In this document: one piece after another, positions 29,491-40,377 of the stretch
Position numbering within the stretch: the stretch's first letter is position 1
How the letters are laid out: the number at the start of each line of letters is the position of its first letter
Virus record (IMG/VR): IMGVR_UViG_3300012005_000004
Location: 16,370-80,369 of that record
Origin: a virus
DNA length: 64,000 nucleotides
Strand: one strand, 5' to 3'
The notes under the pieces: model-generated
What the model was told of the DNA's origin: nothing
Seen by the model: the letters and a program-made list of their open reading frames with translations, nothing else
Databases searched by the model: none
Translations under genes and position numbers: made by a program

Positions 29491-30872
29491 GCATCGTCAT
29501 CAATGATAAGCGTAAAGTAACAAGGGATCGCACGTCTGAAAATCGGGCTCGTTTCCTTCGACGCATCAAGGGAACCATCAAGGAACAGATGAATGATATC
29601 ATCGGTGGAAAATCTCTCAAGGAGATGGACAAGACCGGTGGTAACATAAAGGTTAATCGAAAAACGATAACCGAGCCTCAGATCTGGCACACCGACGGAG
29701 GTAACGTCGATCGCGTCTTGCCTGGAAATGATCAATATGTTCCAGGAGATACCATCCAGAAACCACGCCAAGGCGGAGGTCAAGGACGCGGCAAGAATGC
29801 AAGCGATGGTCCAAACTCTGAAGATGATTTTGTGATTGAGCTGTCTCCTAAGGAATTCATGGATTATTTCTTTGAAGACCTAGAGCTGCCAGACATGATG
29901 AAAACCCAGCTGACGAAGATCAAGGAATATAAGCGTGAAAATGCTGGATTCCAAACAGATGGATCTCCGAATCGGCTGTCGGTCATTCGATCTTACAAAC
30001 AATCTTTCGCGCGCCGAATGATGATGAATGGAGTCTTCAAAGATCGCATCGCTATTCTCAACGAGCTACTTTACGTATTGACAAACTCGGAGATGCTAGC
30101 GGTGAAAATGATATCACTTCCACTTACGATTGATATCAAAGAAGCTGTGATCGAGACCGATAAGCTGCCTGAACGTGGAACATTTGAGCATGATCTTTTA
30201 GTCGCTACTGTCCAAGCTGAGATAGATCATTTGCACTTCAAGTGCGAGAACATGGCGATGTTCGAAGAGATGGACATGCGCTATAGAACTGTTATTAAGC
30301 GTGAGATTCCGATCGCACACGCTACCATGATGATGATCATGGATAACTCAGGATCGATGGGTGAGAAGGAAAAGACGATCGCTAGGAAGTTCTTCTGGTT
30401 GCTATACTCCTTCCTGGTCCGCGCATACGAGAAAGTTGACATGGTATTCATCTCACACACCACCGAAGCATCTGAGATGACCGAAGAAGAATTCTTTAAC
30501 ACTCGCGAGAACGGTGGAACTATCGTATCTTCAGCTTTGGATCTCACTAACGAGATCATCCAGAAGCGTCTGTTAAATAAGACTAACATCTATGTTGCTC
30601 AAGTTTCTGATGGTGACAATGTAGATTCTGACAATGACACTTGCATTGACATTCTTACCGATCAAATCCTCCCAAACATTCGCTACATGGCTTATGTTCA
30701 GGTAGATGATTATCATGGAGATGAAAATGCAAATGTCTATGGGAAAGGTTTATGGAGAGCTTATAAGTCGATCTCAGATACTAACTCGCGGTTGCAGATA
30801 AAACGCGTGCAAGATGAAAATAACATCTACCCTGTCTTCAGGGATTTGTTCAAAAAGAAAGAAACATCATAA
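29487..30872 (+). CDS. yeaH: YeaH/YhbH (DUF444) vWA protein
   Basis: NRARFLRR, PGNDQY..GD, FEDLELP, MDNSGSM, GGTIVSSAL, SDGDN. Confidence 0.93.
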   Translation: MSIVINDKRKVTRDRTSENRARFLRRIKGTIKEQMNDIIGGKSLKEMDKTGGNIKVNRKTITEPQIWHTDGGNVDRVLPGNDQYVPGDTIQKPRQGGGQGRGKNASDGPNSEDDFVIELSPKEFMDYFFEDLELPDMMKTQLTKIKEYKRENAGFQTDGSPNRLSVIRSYKQSFARRMMMNGVFKDRIAILNELLYVLTNSEMLAVKMISLPLTIDIKEAVIETDKLPERGTFEHDLLVATVQAEIDHLHFKCENMAMFEEMDMRYRTVIKREIPIAHATMMMIMDNSGSMGEKEKTIARKFFWLLYSFLVRAYEKVDMVFISHTTEASEMTEEEFFNTRENGGTIVSSALDLTNEIIQKRLLNKTNIYVAQVSDGDNVDSDNDTCIDILTDQILPNIRYMAYVQVDDYHGDENANVYGKGLWRAYKSISDTNSRLQIKRVQDENNIYPVFRDLFKKKETS

Positions 30873-31081
30873 TGAAAGTCAAAGTAGAGATTAAGTACCC
30901 ACGGTTCGCGGTTCAGTTTGGAAGACAGATCGCCTTTGGACAGATCTACAAAGATGGTGCATTGTTCTTTGACGGATCAATCGCTCAAATTTTAGAGGTT
31001 GTTAAAGTGCAAGACTTTGAGATCGAGAACGCGCAGGAGATTCTTGACCTTATAGTTCGACTCCACGGGTTTGCTTGCTAA
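30872..31081 (+). CDS. hypothetical protein
   Basis: TAATG coupling. Confidence 0.55.
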   Translation: MKVKVEIKYPRFAVQFGRQIAFGQIYKDGALFFDGSIAQILEVVKVQDFEIENAQEILDLIVRLHGFAC

Positions 31082-31090
31082 AAGGCAGAG

Positions 31091-31606
31091 ATGAAACTCT
31101 CAACGATTTGGCATCTTCTCGCCTTAGCGACGGCTGCTGGTTTAGTAGCAATTTGCTATCCAGAACCTACTAAGAAACCAGAGCTTAAGCAAGTGGTTTC
31201 TACCACCTTAACTAAGGTCCCTGGAGTCTCTGAAGGTATAGAGCTGTACATAGACACCAAGACCATCGAAGATTTTGTTGATTCAAAGTCCTCAGTTCGA
31301 CACGCTGTAGTGGTGTACTATTTTACAACACCACTTGTCATTAGAGGTAAGGATGTTTATTACATGCAAAAAGATGCTTTTTATGCATGTGATGATAATC
31401 TCTTCTTAAACGGTGATATAATCTTCTATGACAAGGCCGCCAGCCAGCTTTTCAAAGGACCAACTGGTGTCGGTGTTGAAAAACCAGAGAAGGATACAAA
31501 CTCAGAGGTTGAGATGAAATTTATCTGTGGCTCCAATGTTACAAAGAAGTCAGCTCCAAAGAGCTCAATCGGCCCAATAAAGCCACTTAATCACATTTAC
31601 ATTTAA
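31091..31606 (+). CDS. exported or membrane-anchored hypothetical protein
   Basis: Signal-like N-terminus; paired Cys. Confidence 0.6.
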   Translation: MKLSTIWHLLALATAAGLVAICYPEPTKKPELKQVVSTTLTKVPGVSEGIELYIDTKTIEDFVDSKSSVRHAVVVYYFTTPLVIRGKDVYYMQKDAFYACDDNLFLNGDIIFYDKAASQLFKGPTGVGVEKPEKDTNSEVEMKFICGSNVTKKSAPKSSIGPIKPLNHIYI

Positions 31607-31617
31607 GGAGCATTAAC

Positions 31618-33162
31618 TTGTCCGAAGATAAACTATTATTCAAGGCCGGTGATGATTGGACGTTTGAGATGCTCGATAAGATCTGGACCGAGATCGAGAT
31701 CATCGCTAAGGAAGAGCTGCGAATTCCTTATTACAAACCACAGATTGAAGTTATCACAGCACGACAGATGCTTGATGCTTATACCTCTGTCGGTATGCCA
31801 ACATACTACAAACACTGGTCATACGGTAAGGAATTTGTCCAAAGCGAGAAGCAGTATCTCAATGGACAGATGGGTCTCGCTTACGAGATTGTCATTAACT
31901 CTGACCCATGCATCGCTTACCTGATGGAAGAAAACAATGCCCTGATGCAAACCTTGGTCATGGCTCACGCTTCAGTCGGCCACGCGGCGGTTTTCACGAA
32001 CAACTACCTATTCCGCCAGAACACAGACGCGTCGGCGATCGTAGATTATCTCAACTTTGCTAGGGATTACCTGAAAAAGTGCGAGGAAAAGTATGGCTTT
32101 GATGAGGTAGAAGGTGTACTAGATGCATGCCATGCGTTATCGAACTACGGTGTCGATAAGTACAAGCGTCCACCAAAGATTTCGGCTGACAAAGAAGCTA
32201 AGAAAGCGATGGAGCGCTTTGAGCGCGAATTTGCTGACTACGATCCGATCTGGGCTAAGATCGGAAAACGGAAGGCTGATGCTAAGGATGTAAATCCTGT
32301 CACTGATACTAAGCTTGCTGAATCACAGGAAAACATCCTCTATTTTATCGAGAAAAATGCTCCACACCTTCCAGGTTGGAAACGTGAGGTCATCCGCATC
32401 GTACGGAAGATCAGTCATTATTTCTCACCGCAGCGTGCCACCAAGGTTCTGAATGAAGGGTACGCATCATTCACCCACTTCTACATTATGAATCGACTTC
32501 ATGAGAAGGGTTTCATCGACGGTGGTTCGATGATTGAATTCTTCGCTAGCCACAGCGGAGTTCTAACTCAACATAAATTTTCACAGTTCAACCCGTACAA
32601 GCTTGGTTTTTCGATCTTCATGGACATCAAGAGGATGGGTGAGGATCCAACCGATGAAGATCGATTATACTTTCCTGACCTTGCTGGAAAAGACTGGGTC
32701 ACCGAGATTAACTATGCGATGAAGAACTTCAAGGATGAAACATTTATCCTTCAGTACCTATCTCCAAAGGTCGCTCGAGACATGCAGTTGTTCGTAATTA
32801 ACTCAGAGTCGACAGGAGCTACACAATACGGCGTAACCGAGATCAGTAACCTTGAGGGTTTTGAAACTTTGCGTAAGAAATTGGCCGCACAGTTCGCGAT
32901 GGAAAATATCATCCCCGACATCCAAATTTCAAACGTTGATTACAAGCGCTCACGAAAGCTTACTCTTGAGCACCTGGTTAAGAACGGGAAGCCAATCAAT
33001 ATTGATGATACTCGTCGCGTTGTCCAACACGTCGCCGATCTGTGGGAATACTCAGTCACGCTAGATACCTTCGAATATGACAAGGAAGATGATGCAACCA
33101 AGCTTCACATCACAGCCCTTGGAAAATACTCAATGAAATCATATGAAGAAACCCACAGTTAA
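31618..33162 (+). CDS. ycgB: SpoVR/YcgB family protein
   Basis: GMPTYYKHWSYGK, LAYEIVINSDPCIAYLMEEN, TKVLNEGYAS, NPYKLG. Confidence 0.95.
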   Translation: MSEDKLLFKAGDDWTFEMLDKIWTEIEIIAKEELRIPYYKPQIEVITARQMLDAYTSVGMPTYYKHWSYGKEFVQSEKQYLNGQMGLAYEIVINSDPCIAYLMEENNALMQTLVMAHASVGHAAVFTNNYLFRQNTDASAIVDYLNFARDYLKKCEEKYGFDEVEGVLDACHALSNYGVDKYKRPPKISADKEAKKAMERFEREFADYDPIWAKIGKRKADAKDVNPVTDTKLAESQENILYFIEKNAPHLPGWKREVIRIVRKISHYFSPQRATKVLNEGYASFTHFYIMNRLHEKGFIDGGSMIEFFASHSGVLTQHKFSQFNPYKLGFSIFMDIKRMGEDPTDEDRLYFPDLAGKDWVTEINYAMKNFKDETFILQYLSPKVARDMQLFVINSESTGATQYGVTEISNLEGFETLRKKLAAQFAMENIIPDIQISNVDYKRSRKLTLEHLVKNGKPINIDDTRRVVQHVADLWEYSVTLDTFEYDKEDDATKLHITALGKYSMKSYEETHS

Positions 33163-33634
33163 CTTTCTACGTCAATTACTGTGCGGACTTTTACATAATG
33201 AGTGGAAGTTCATTCGCAATATCTACGGTGATGAAATTATAGCTGCTGGATGGCGGCGCAGCATTTGGCGGTGCCAACGCTGCGGGAAGCATAAGTATGA
33301 GAAGGAGCTTCATACCACCGGAGAGATCTCTGGATATATAAGGTACCGATATCCAGAAGATAATGAGTTTGAAGTCTTGTTTCCAGAGCAAGCACACGAA
33401 GGAGTTGATGAAGATGTCTTCGCCACATTTAAGGTAGATGATCTTCCAAAAGAAGATCTTGAAGAATGGTATAGGGAAGGAGCTTATGTCATCTTTAACG
33501 TCGACGATGGAACGCTTAGCTTCTTGAAAAGATATTGGACACAAGAAGAGATCGATGAGATAAATCGTCGAGGTGATGAGCTTTATAAAAAGATGCAAAC
33601 TGTATTCAAAACCCACCCAGAGTGCGAGGATTGA
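33143..33634 (+). CDS. hypothetical protein with N-terminal Zn-ribbon
   Basis: C..LH.W...CQRCGK. Confidence 0.6.
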   Translation: MKKPTVNFLRQLLCGLLHNEWKFIRNIYGDEIIAAGWRRSIWRCQRCGKHKYEKELHTTGEISGYIRYRYPEDNEFEVLFPEQAHEGVDEDVFATFKVDDLPKEDLEEWYREGAYVIFNVDDGTLSFLKRYWTQEEIDEINRRGDELYKKMQTVFKTHPECED

Positions 33635-33766
33635 AAATACTCGTGACTGCTATGATTGAGAAAATACTCATTAAGATGTTAACAATAACATTCTTTACGT
33701 TAGTAACATGTCTCATCATCGGGGATTCGTTCCTAATATATTCAATGATACTGTACGGAGTAAAAA

Positions 33767-33982
33767 ATGGCATGTAAACGTTGCACGGACCTTGCTGTGC
33801 AAACCAACGGAGATGCTGGAGATTTTTGCTCTTGTGTGAAATCTATCTCCAGGCTGGTTGAAATACCGAAGTCTAAGATCTACCTTCAATTGGTCCAATC
33901 ATTCATCGAAAACGCCGTCACGCTAGATGAAAACGACATTAAATCGCTGAAACAGCTTTGTAAGGACGGACTCAGTGACTGA
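33767..33982 (+). CDS. small hypothetical protein
   Basis: GGAG SD; CKRC...CSC. Confidence 0.55.
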   Translation: MACKRCTDLAVQTNGDAGDFCSCVKSISRLVEIPKSKIYLQLVQSFIENAVTLDENDIKSLKQLCKDGLSD

Positions 33983-34790
33983 ACGTTTCTTAATGTGTAA
34001 GCCCAAGTGGTTTTCAGTAAACTACGTCATCAACCCGTGGATGGATGGTAACATTTCTAGCGTGGTCTCTGCTGATGCCATGTCTCAATGGACCACGCTG
34101 CAAAAAGCTATAGCTAAGCTGGCTGAAGTGGTAGGCATCAACCAAGCTAAGAGTTTGCCTGACATGGTCTTCACTGCCAACGCAGCTTTAGTTCGAGATG
34201 GCAAGGCTATATTATCTCGATTCAAACACCCAGAACGTCAAGGAGAAGAAAAGCTATTCAGTGACCTGCTTCTCAACCAGGGATTTCAAGTTCTATGGTT
34301 ACCTAATGGCGTTCCATTTGAGGGGGCCGGTGACGCGCTATTTTGCACTCGACACCCAAGCTTGTTGTGGATGGGGTATGGACACCGAACTGATGCGATG
34401 GCCTCATTTTACATCGGTGATTATTTAAAGTGCGCGGTCGTACCGCTTAAGCTGATAGACGATCGCTTCTATCACCTTGACACATGCTTCTGTCCTCTCA
34501 AAAATGGAGAGCTGCTCTATTATCCACCAGCCTTTGACGAAGAGTCACTCCAGAAGATCAGGGCAATGATCCCAATGGATCAGCGGATCATCGTGTCTGA
34601 AGAAGATGCGCTAAACTTCGCTTGTAATGCAGTTAACATAGATACAAATATTTTTCTCAACAAAGCGTCAGATGAACTAGTTGAGAACTTGACTAGTCGA
34701 GGTTATGTTGTCAAACAACTTCCGCTGACAGAGTTCATCAAGGCTGGTGGATCTGCTAAGTGCTTAACGCTTCGTCTCACAGAAAACTAA
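33975..34790 (+). CDS. pentein-fold amidinotransferase / arginine dihydrolase-like enzyme
   Basis: YVINPWM, PDMVFTAN, FEGAGD, FYHLDTC, GGSAKCLT. Confidence 0.9.
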   Translation: MTERFLMCKPKWFSVNYVINPWMDGNISSVVSADAMSQWTTLQKAIAKLAEVVGINQAKSLPDMVFTANAALVRDGKAILSRFKHPERQGEEKLFSDLLLNQGFQVLWLPNGVPFEGAGDALFCTRHPSLLWMGYGHRTDAMASFYIGDYLKCAVVPLKLIDDRFYHLDTCFCPLKNGELLYYPPAFDEESLQKIRAMIPMDQRIIVSEEDALNFACNAVNIDTNIFLNKASDELVENLTSRGYVVKQLPLTEFIKAGGSAKCLTLRLTEN

Positions 34791-34908
34791 AACTGCATTC
34801 TTTCTCTTTTTCACAGCTCTAATGAAAGAGCAGTGAAAACTTGTTCACAATCTAGGAGAACAATGATATAATTTCTCCATCGATAGAGAAACTTTGGAGA
34901 ATTCCGCA

Positions 34909-37527
34909 ATGAGGCTACATCAGAATGATCACGGTTTTGAATCTCAGCTGCCGACCGATGAATATGAAGCTGGCATTGAATTTTCACAAAAGATGGTCAC
35001 GATCTTGTCCGACCATATCTACAAGGACAAGATCCTCGCGGTGATCCGTGAGCTCAGCTGCAACGCCTATGACTCCATGGTTGAAGCTGGCAAGAAGGAT
35101 TGCCCATTTAAGATGCACCTTCCGACTCGCATGGATCCAACCTTCTATGTAGAAGATAATGGTGTTGGGCTGGACCCATTGGTCCTCCCACGCGTCTACT
35201 TGACGTACGGGCACTCAACCAAAACCGATAATGATGAAGCGATCGGAGCTCTCGGCCTCGGGTCTAAGTCTCCATTTGCTTACACAAAATCTTCCTTCAT
35301 CGTCCGTAATCGCTGGAACGGCGTAGAGTATTCCTACTTGGTTTACTACAACGCGCAAGGTAAGCCTGCGATGTCAAAGGTCGGAGAAGAAGTTACCGAT
35401 CGAGGCAACGGACTGCGCGCCGAGTTTGCGGTCAAGCCTCAAGACATCTCCGCATTCTTTGATCGTACCGATCGTTTTTTCAAGTATTGGAAGAACACTC
35501 TTCCAGATTTCGTTGGTCAGGACACTAAGCGAGTCTTACATTCTAAGATCGATAAGGTCATCGACGGTGGTAGCTGGTACTTAGAAAACCGCGGAGCTGA
35601 TAGCGATTTCAAGGGGGCAATCGCTATCATGGGAAACATCCAATATCCCATCGAAGCTGATTCGATCCCAAATTTACCCGAAGAGCTGAAAGTAGTCGCT
35701 CAAAACTCCTTCGTGATTGAATTTCCGCTTGGATCTCTAGCTTTCCAGCCCTCGCGCGAAGCCTTATCATTTGATGATTTTACAAACAAGAGCTTGATCG
35801 CTCGCCTCGAAGAGGTTCGCCTATCAATGGGAGATACATTCAAGGCACAGATCTTTAAGAAGGGTCAAACGCAGCTGCAATTCCGTAAGAATTTCACTTT
35901 CAAGCTCAATGAGTTTGCTCGGATTATCAGGAGGGAAACTATTTCTTCTGCTCGATATGACAACCAAATTTATTGGGCCGTAAAGTTTCTGCTTAACCGT
36001 ACCCACGTCGATTCGGTAACCTATGATAAGTATGAATACAGCATCGACGGATTGCTGAATAATGTTCACTACGTAGTACGAGATGGTCACCAACAGTTCG
36101 CGATTATCTCTGAAACCACACGAGGTAAGAATGCTAGGATCTGGCTATCTAATGCTACATCATTGACGTTCTCTGCAAAACAAGATGTTCCATATGATGA
36201 GATTTATCCTGGTCCAAATATTGCTAGCCGAAAGATCAAACAAAACGAAAAGGTAACATTTGATTGGATCCCATCGTTAGTTCCAAACCGCAAGAACGCA
36301 GCTGAGTATAGCAATGTCCAACGGGTAGTTATGTCCGGTAAGTTTGACGTGGTAACTAACAATCGACTGATGCTTGACTCTCCAGAAGCAACCTTTGTCA
36401 TCAATGATGAAGGTGGCCCTGGTGAGAGCAAGTATAAAGCTTATATCAAGTCCCATCATCGTGGTCCACAACAGTATTTCTTCGTTAAGCACATCACGAA
36501 GGACATCTCTATCGTTGAGCTTACTCAGAAAGTTGCTTCGTTCATCGAAGACAATGGGATGAAAGGCGCATCTATCGAGTTTACTAGCAACCTTGAAGAT
36601 TATCGTCCGGTGCTTGATAAGGTTAAGAAGAATCGCGGCACCATCAAGCTTTACGTGCGAGAGTTCAAATTTTACCCAACTATCAAGAAGCCATTTCAGC
36701 TTAGCGTTGGCCGTAAGACGGAGGTTGGCCGCGGGGATATGCCTCGGCATCAAGATGAACACACTCAAACCATCTTTGAGTGGGATGTTCTGAAGAATGC
36801 AAAGTTGCCATGGCTTTACTTGCGTAAAACTCGGTCTAAGGTTGAAGCTAATGAAGACACCAAGGCTAATCAACGTTCATTTATAACGCACAATAAAGAT
36901 GCGGTAATTCTTGCCTTGACCAAAGGTTTATTGGAAGATGTCGAGCATGAGGTGTTGCAAGATCCTCATCATAAGACGGTAGATAACCTTCCAGTTACAT
37001 TCAACAAATATACCGTTCTAGTTCTCACCGACGGTCACATCAAAGAGCTGCAGAAGAAGGGTATCAAGATGGTAGGACTTTATGACCATGTTAATGCTAA
37101 GGTCGCTGAGATGTTTAAAGCTCATGATTTTCGTAAGGACCTAGAGCATGACGCGATGATGGATAATCAAACGGTTATCAATGGCTTATATAACAGGATG
37201 GCGCCAGCTACTCGGCGGGGACTGTTAACTCGAGTTGAACCTGAAGTCCCTAGCGCTGAATCACTGATGTTGTCAATGCTCAAGAACTACGATGACTACT
37301 TAAACGCTCCTAAGAATAATACTGAGAGCTACGAGATGGTTGCCCTGTATCAATATTTCGTTGATATGTACAGTGCTGGAGTTAGCAACAGCAAGTCAGC
37401 ACGAACCATTGATGAAAAAGTTAAAGACAGGTATCCGATCTTAAAGTATATGTCTATCAACAATTTAGATAAAAATGGAGTAGATATCCTTCTAGATTAC
37501 GCATCTATGGTTGAAAATAACTGTTGA
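34909..37527 (+). CDS. rIIA: rIIA-like protein (N-terminal GHKL ATPase)
   Basis: IRELSCNAYD, VEDNGVG, STK, GALGLGSKSPFAY; SD GGAG favours ATG 34909. Confidence 0.9.
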   Translation: MRLHQNDHGFESQLPTDEYEAGIEFSQKMVTILSDHIYKDKILAVIRELSCNAYDSMVEAGKKDCPFKMHLPTRMDPTFYVEDNGVGLDPLVLPRVYLTYGHSTKTDNDEAIGALGLGSKSPFAYTKSSFIVRNRWNGVEYSYLVYYNAQGKPAMSKVGEEVTDRGNGLRAEFAVKPQDISAFFDRTDRFFKYWKNTLPDFVGQDTKRVLHSKIDKVIDGGSWYLENRGADSDFKGAIAIMGNIQYPIEADSIPNLPEELKVVAQNSFVIEFPLGSLAFQPSREALSFDDFTNKSLIARLEEVRLSMGDTFKAQIFKKGQTQLQFRKNFTFKLNEFARIIRRETISSARYDNQIYWAVKFLLNRTHVDSVTYDKYEYSIDGLLNNVHYVVRDGHQQFAIISETTRGKNARIWLSNATSLTFSAKQDVPYDEIYPGPNIASRKIKQNEKVTFDWIPSLVPNRKNAAEYSNVQRVVMSGKFDVVTNNRLMLDSPEATFVINDEGGPGESKYKAYIKSHHRGPQQYFFVKHITKDISIVELTQKVASFIEDNGMKGASIEFTSNLEDYRPVLDKVKKNRGTIKLYVREFKFYPTIKKPFQLSVGRKTEVGRGDMPRHQDEHTQTIFEWDVLKNAKLPWLYLRKTRSKVEANEDTKANQRSFITHNKDAVILALTKGLLEDVEHEVLQDPHHKTVDNLPVTFNKYTVLVLTDGHIKELQKKGIKMVGLYDHVNAKVAEMFKAHDFRKDLEHDAMMDNQTVINGLYNRMAPATRRGLLTRVEPEVPSAESLMLSMLKNYDDYLNAPKNNTESYEMVALYQYFVDMYSAGVSNSKSARTIDEKVKDRYPILKYMSINNLDKNGVDILLDYASMVENNC

Positions 37528-37587
37528 TATCATATACATTTCTCCTAGATCTGGTTATAATAAGAATCATACCACATAGGAGGTTCA

Positions 37588-37956
37588 ATGATTGCTTATC
37601 AACCTAAAACCATATTGGTAGTAGATGATAATATAGATTTAATTGCTTCAGCTGTTAATTTACTTAAAAATCATGGTTACGAGACCATCACAGCAGAGAA
37701 CGCCGCTGAAGCATTGAATATCATAGAATCTGGTAAACACGTTGATCTCATCTTCACTGATGTGGTAATGCCAGGGAATGTCTGTAGCGTCGAGATGGCT
37801 GCTCGGGCCAGATACATCTATCCGCATATCAAGGTTATCTTTACGAGCGGGTATAGAGATACTTTAAAGATGCTGCTTGAAGATGAGGTGTTTCTGTTGA
37901 AACCCTATGAGTTTAACTCAATGCTCAAAACTATAGAAGATGTTCTCAACAGCTAA
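37588..37956 (+). CDS. stand-alone CheY-like response regulator receiver
   Basis: ILVVDD, FTDVVMP, TSGY, LKP; own promoter 37533-37561. Confidence 0.92.
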   Translation: MIAYQPKTILVVDDNIDLIASAVNLLKNHGYETITAENAAEALNIIESGKHVDLIFTDVVMPGNVCSVEMAARARYIYPHIKVIFTSGYRDTLKMLLEDEVFLLKPYEFNSMLKTIEDVLNS

Positions 37957-38039
37957 CTTCACTTTTTTGTTTACACTTCGTGGATGTTGAGATATAATGT
38001 CTATATTAAATTTTTCAACAACCTCGGAGGCGAACCGAA

Positions 38040-39425
38040 ATGAGTAACGAGATCTACTACACCAGCCATGATGGTGGTGCTACGCTCTTTATGGACGGAA
38101 AGCTGAAGTCAATCTCCAGCGATCACCCAAATTTCATGAAGATCATGAGCGCTCTCAAGGCAAAGTCATATGACTTGGCCATCAAGCTCATGGACATGGT
38201 AGGAACCATCAATGATATTGGATCAAATGTTTCCAAGAAGTTTGTTGGTCGTAGAGTTTTTGTCGAAGGTGAAACGGTTTACTTCACGGATGAAAATGGC
38301 AAACATCATGTCTTGCACGGTACTCTTGTTGATCGCATCATCGATGATATCGGTAAGCCATCTGGACAAAAATATGCAGATGCTCTCTTGGCTCTTCAAG
38401 ATAACATCATGCGCAACACTCGCAAGGATATTCGCGAAGAGCTGTATGAGTTCTTAATGTCTGGAAAGACGCCGATCACGATGGATGGTTGCTTCCTGGC
38501 TTACAAGAAGGTAAAGGCTGCAAACAAGCAAGGTCAATACCTTGACATCTACTCTGGAACTATGGATAACGCGCCTGGTAAGATTCCGCGTATGGATCCA
38601 AAAGATGTCGACGCAGATCGGTACCGAGAATGCTCTCGAGGACTGCATTTCTGTTCTCGTGGTTATTTGAGTCACTATGGAAATGGAGATGGAGATGATT
38701 CATCTGTAGTTATGGTGGTGAAGGTCAATCCAAAGGATGTGTTTGCAATTCCTACGGATTATTCATTCCAAAAAGGTCGGGCATCTGAATATTATGTGGT
38801 AGGTATGGTTAATAAGGGACACGATCTTTCCAAAAGTGACGTGTTCAAGGATTCTTTTATCGATGAAGATAGCAAGGAAGCTTCGGCACCGAATGTTACA
38901 TTCAAGGCGCCTCTCAAGGCTGGCTTGCAAACTGTTGGCGAAAGCTATGGTTTGATCAACGATGGAAAATGCTTGGTCATCGAACAGAACGGAAAATATG
39001 TTCCAGTTAGATCAGCTTCATTCACCGGTAAGGTAGATGCTCCTGGTGCCGATCAAGTGAAGCATCGGTTGGGTAAGGTTATCATGGAGATGTTTGAATT
39101 GGCTTCATTTGAAGTTACGAGTGACCTTACTCTTGAACAAGTTGGTGGCGATTCGCTAGATGCGGTAGAGCTAGTTATGGCGATCGAAGATGAGTTTGAG
39201 ATTGAGATCTCCGATGATGATGCTGAAAAATTCCACACGTCAATGGATATTCTTAACTATCTGCTCAAGGTGAATAAGATCTTTCCACCGAATAAGTATT
39301 CTTATGTTGATGTTCTTGGAACTCCAGTTACCGGAGAACCGAAACTCATGTCATTTGAAACGAAGTCGGTTCGTCAGTCAGTAAAAGAAGCAGTACAAAA
39401 AGCTCAAGGATCTGTTAAGAGTTAA
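38040..39425 (+). CDS. rIIB: rIIB-like protein with inserted acyl carrier protein domain
   Basis: PITMDGCFLAYKKV, ECSRGLH, VKVNPKDVFAIP (rIIB); GGDSLDAVELVMAIEDEFEIEISDDDAEK (ACP). Confidence 0.9.
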   Translation: MSNEIYYTSHDGGATLFMDGKLKSISSDHPNFMKIMSALKAKSYDLAIKLMDMVGTINDIGSNVSKKFVGRRVFVEGETVYFTDENGKHHVLHGTLVDRIIDDIGKPSGQKYADALLALQDNIMRNTRKDIREELYEFLMSGKTPITMDGCFLAYKKVKAANKQGQYLDIYSGTMDNAPGKIPRMDPKDVDADRYRECSRGLHFCSRGYLSHYGNGDGDDSSVVMVVKVNPKDVFAIPTDYSFQKGRASEYYVVGMVNKGHDLSKSDVFKDSFIDEDSKEASAPNVTFKAPLKAGLQTVGESYGLINDGKCLVIEQNGKYVPVRSASFTGKVDAPGADQVKHRLGKVIMEMFELASFEVTSDLTLEQVGGDSLDAVELVMAIEDEFEIEISDDDAEKFHTSMDILNYLLKVNKIFPPNKYSYVDVLGTPVTGEPKLMSFETKSVRQSVKEAVQKAQGSVKS

Positions 39426-39455
39426 GTCGAAGAATGCCTCCCTTCGGTTTTACTC

Positions 39456-39490
39456 AGAGAGATCGAAGAAATTCGATCTCTCTTCTTTTG
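39456..39490 (+). terminator. intrinsic terminator
   Basis: AGAGAGATCGAA-GAAA-TTCGATCTCTCT followed by a T-rich tract. Confidence 0.75.
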
Positions 39491-39531
39491 AGCTAAGGTA
39501 AATAAATAGATAAACCAGAAAGGCGGACAAT

Positions 39532-40212
<681 letters not shown>

Positions 40213-40377
40213 GTAACTTGGTGGATATATGTGTATACATGTTCATAGATGTTTGTTATAATGATCTTAGTACTTAAGTAATTAAAAAGAGGTTTAAAAT
40301 GTATTCTTTACAATTTTCTTAGTGTAAATCCAACGTGTATTTAGCGTTAAAAACTTTCAAATGAAAGGTTACACCTC

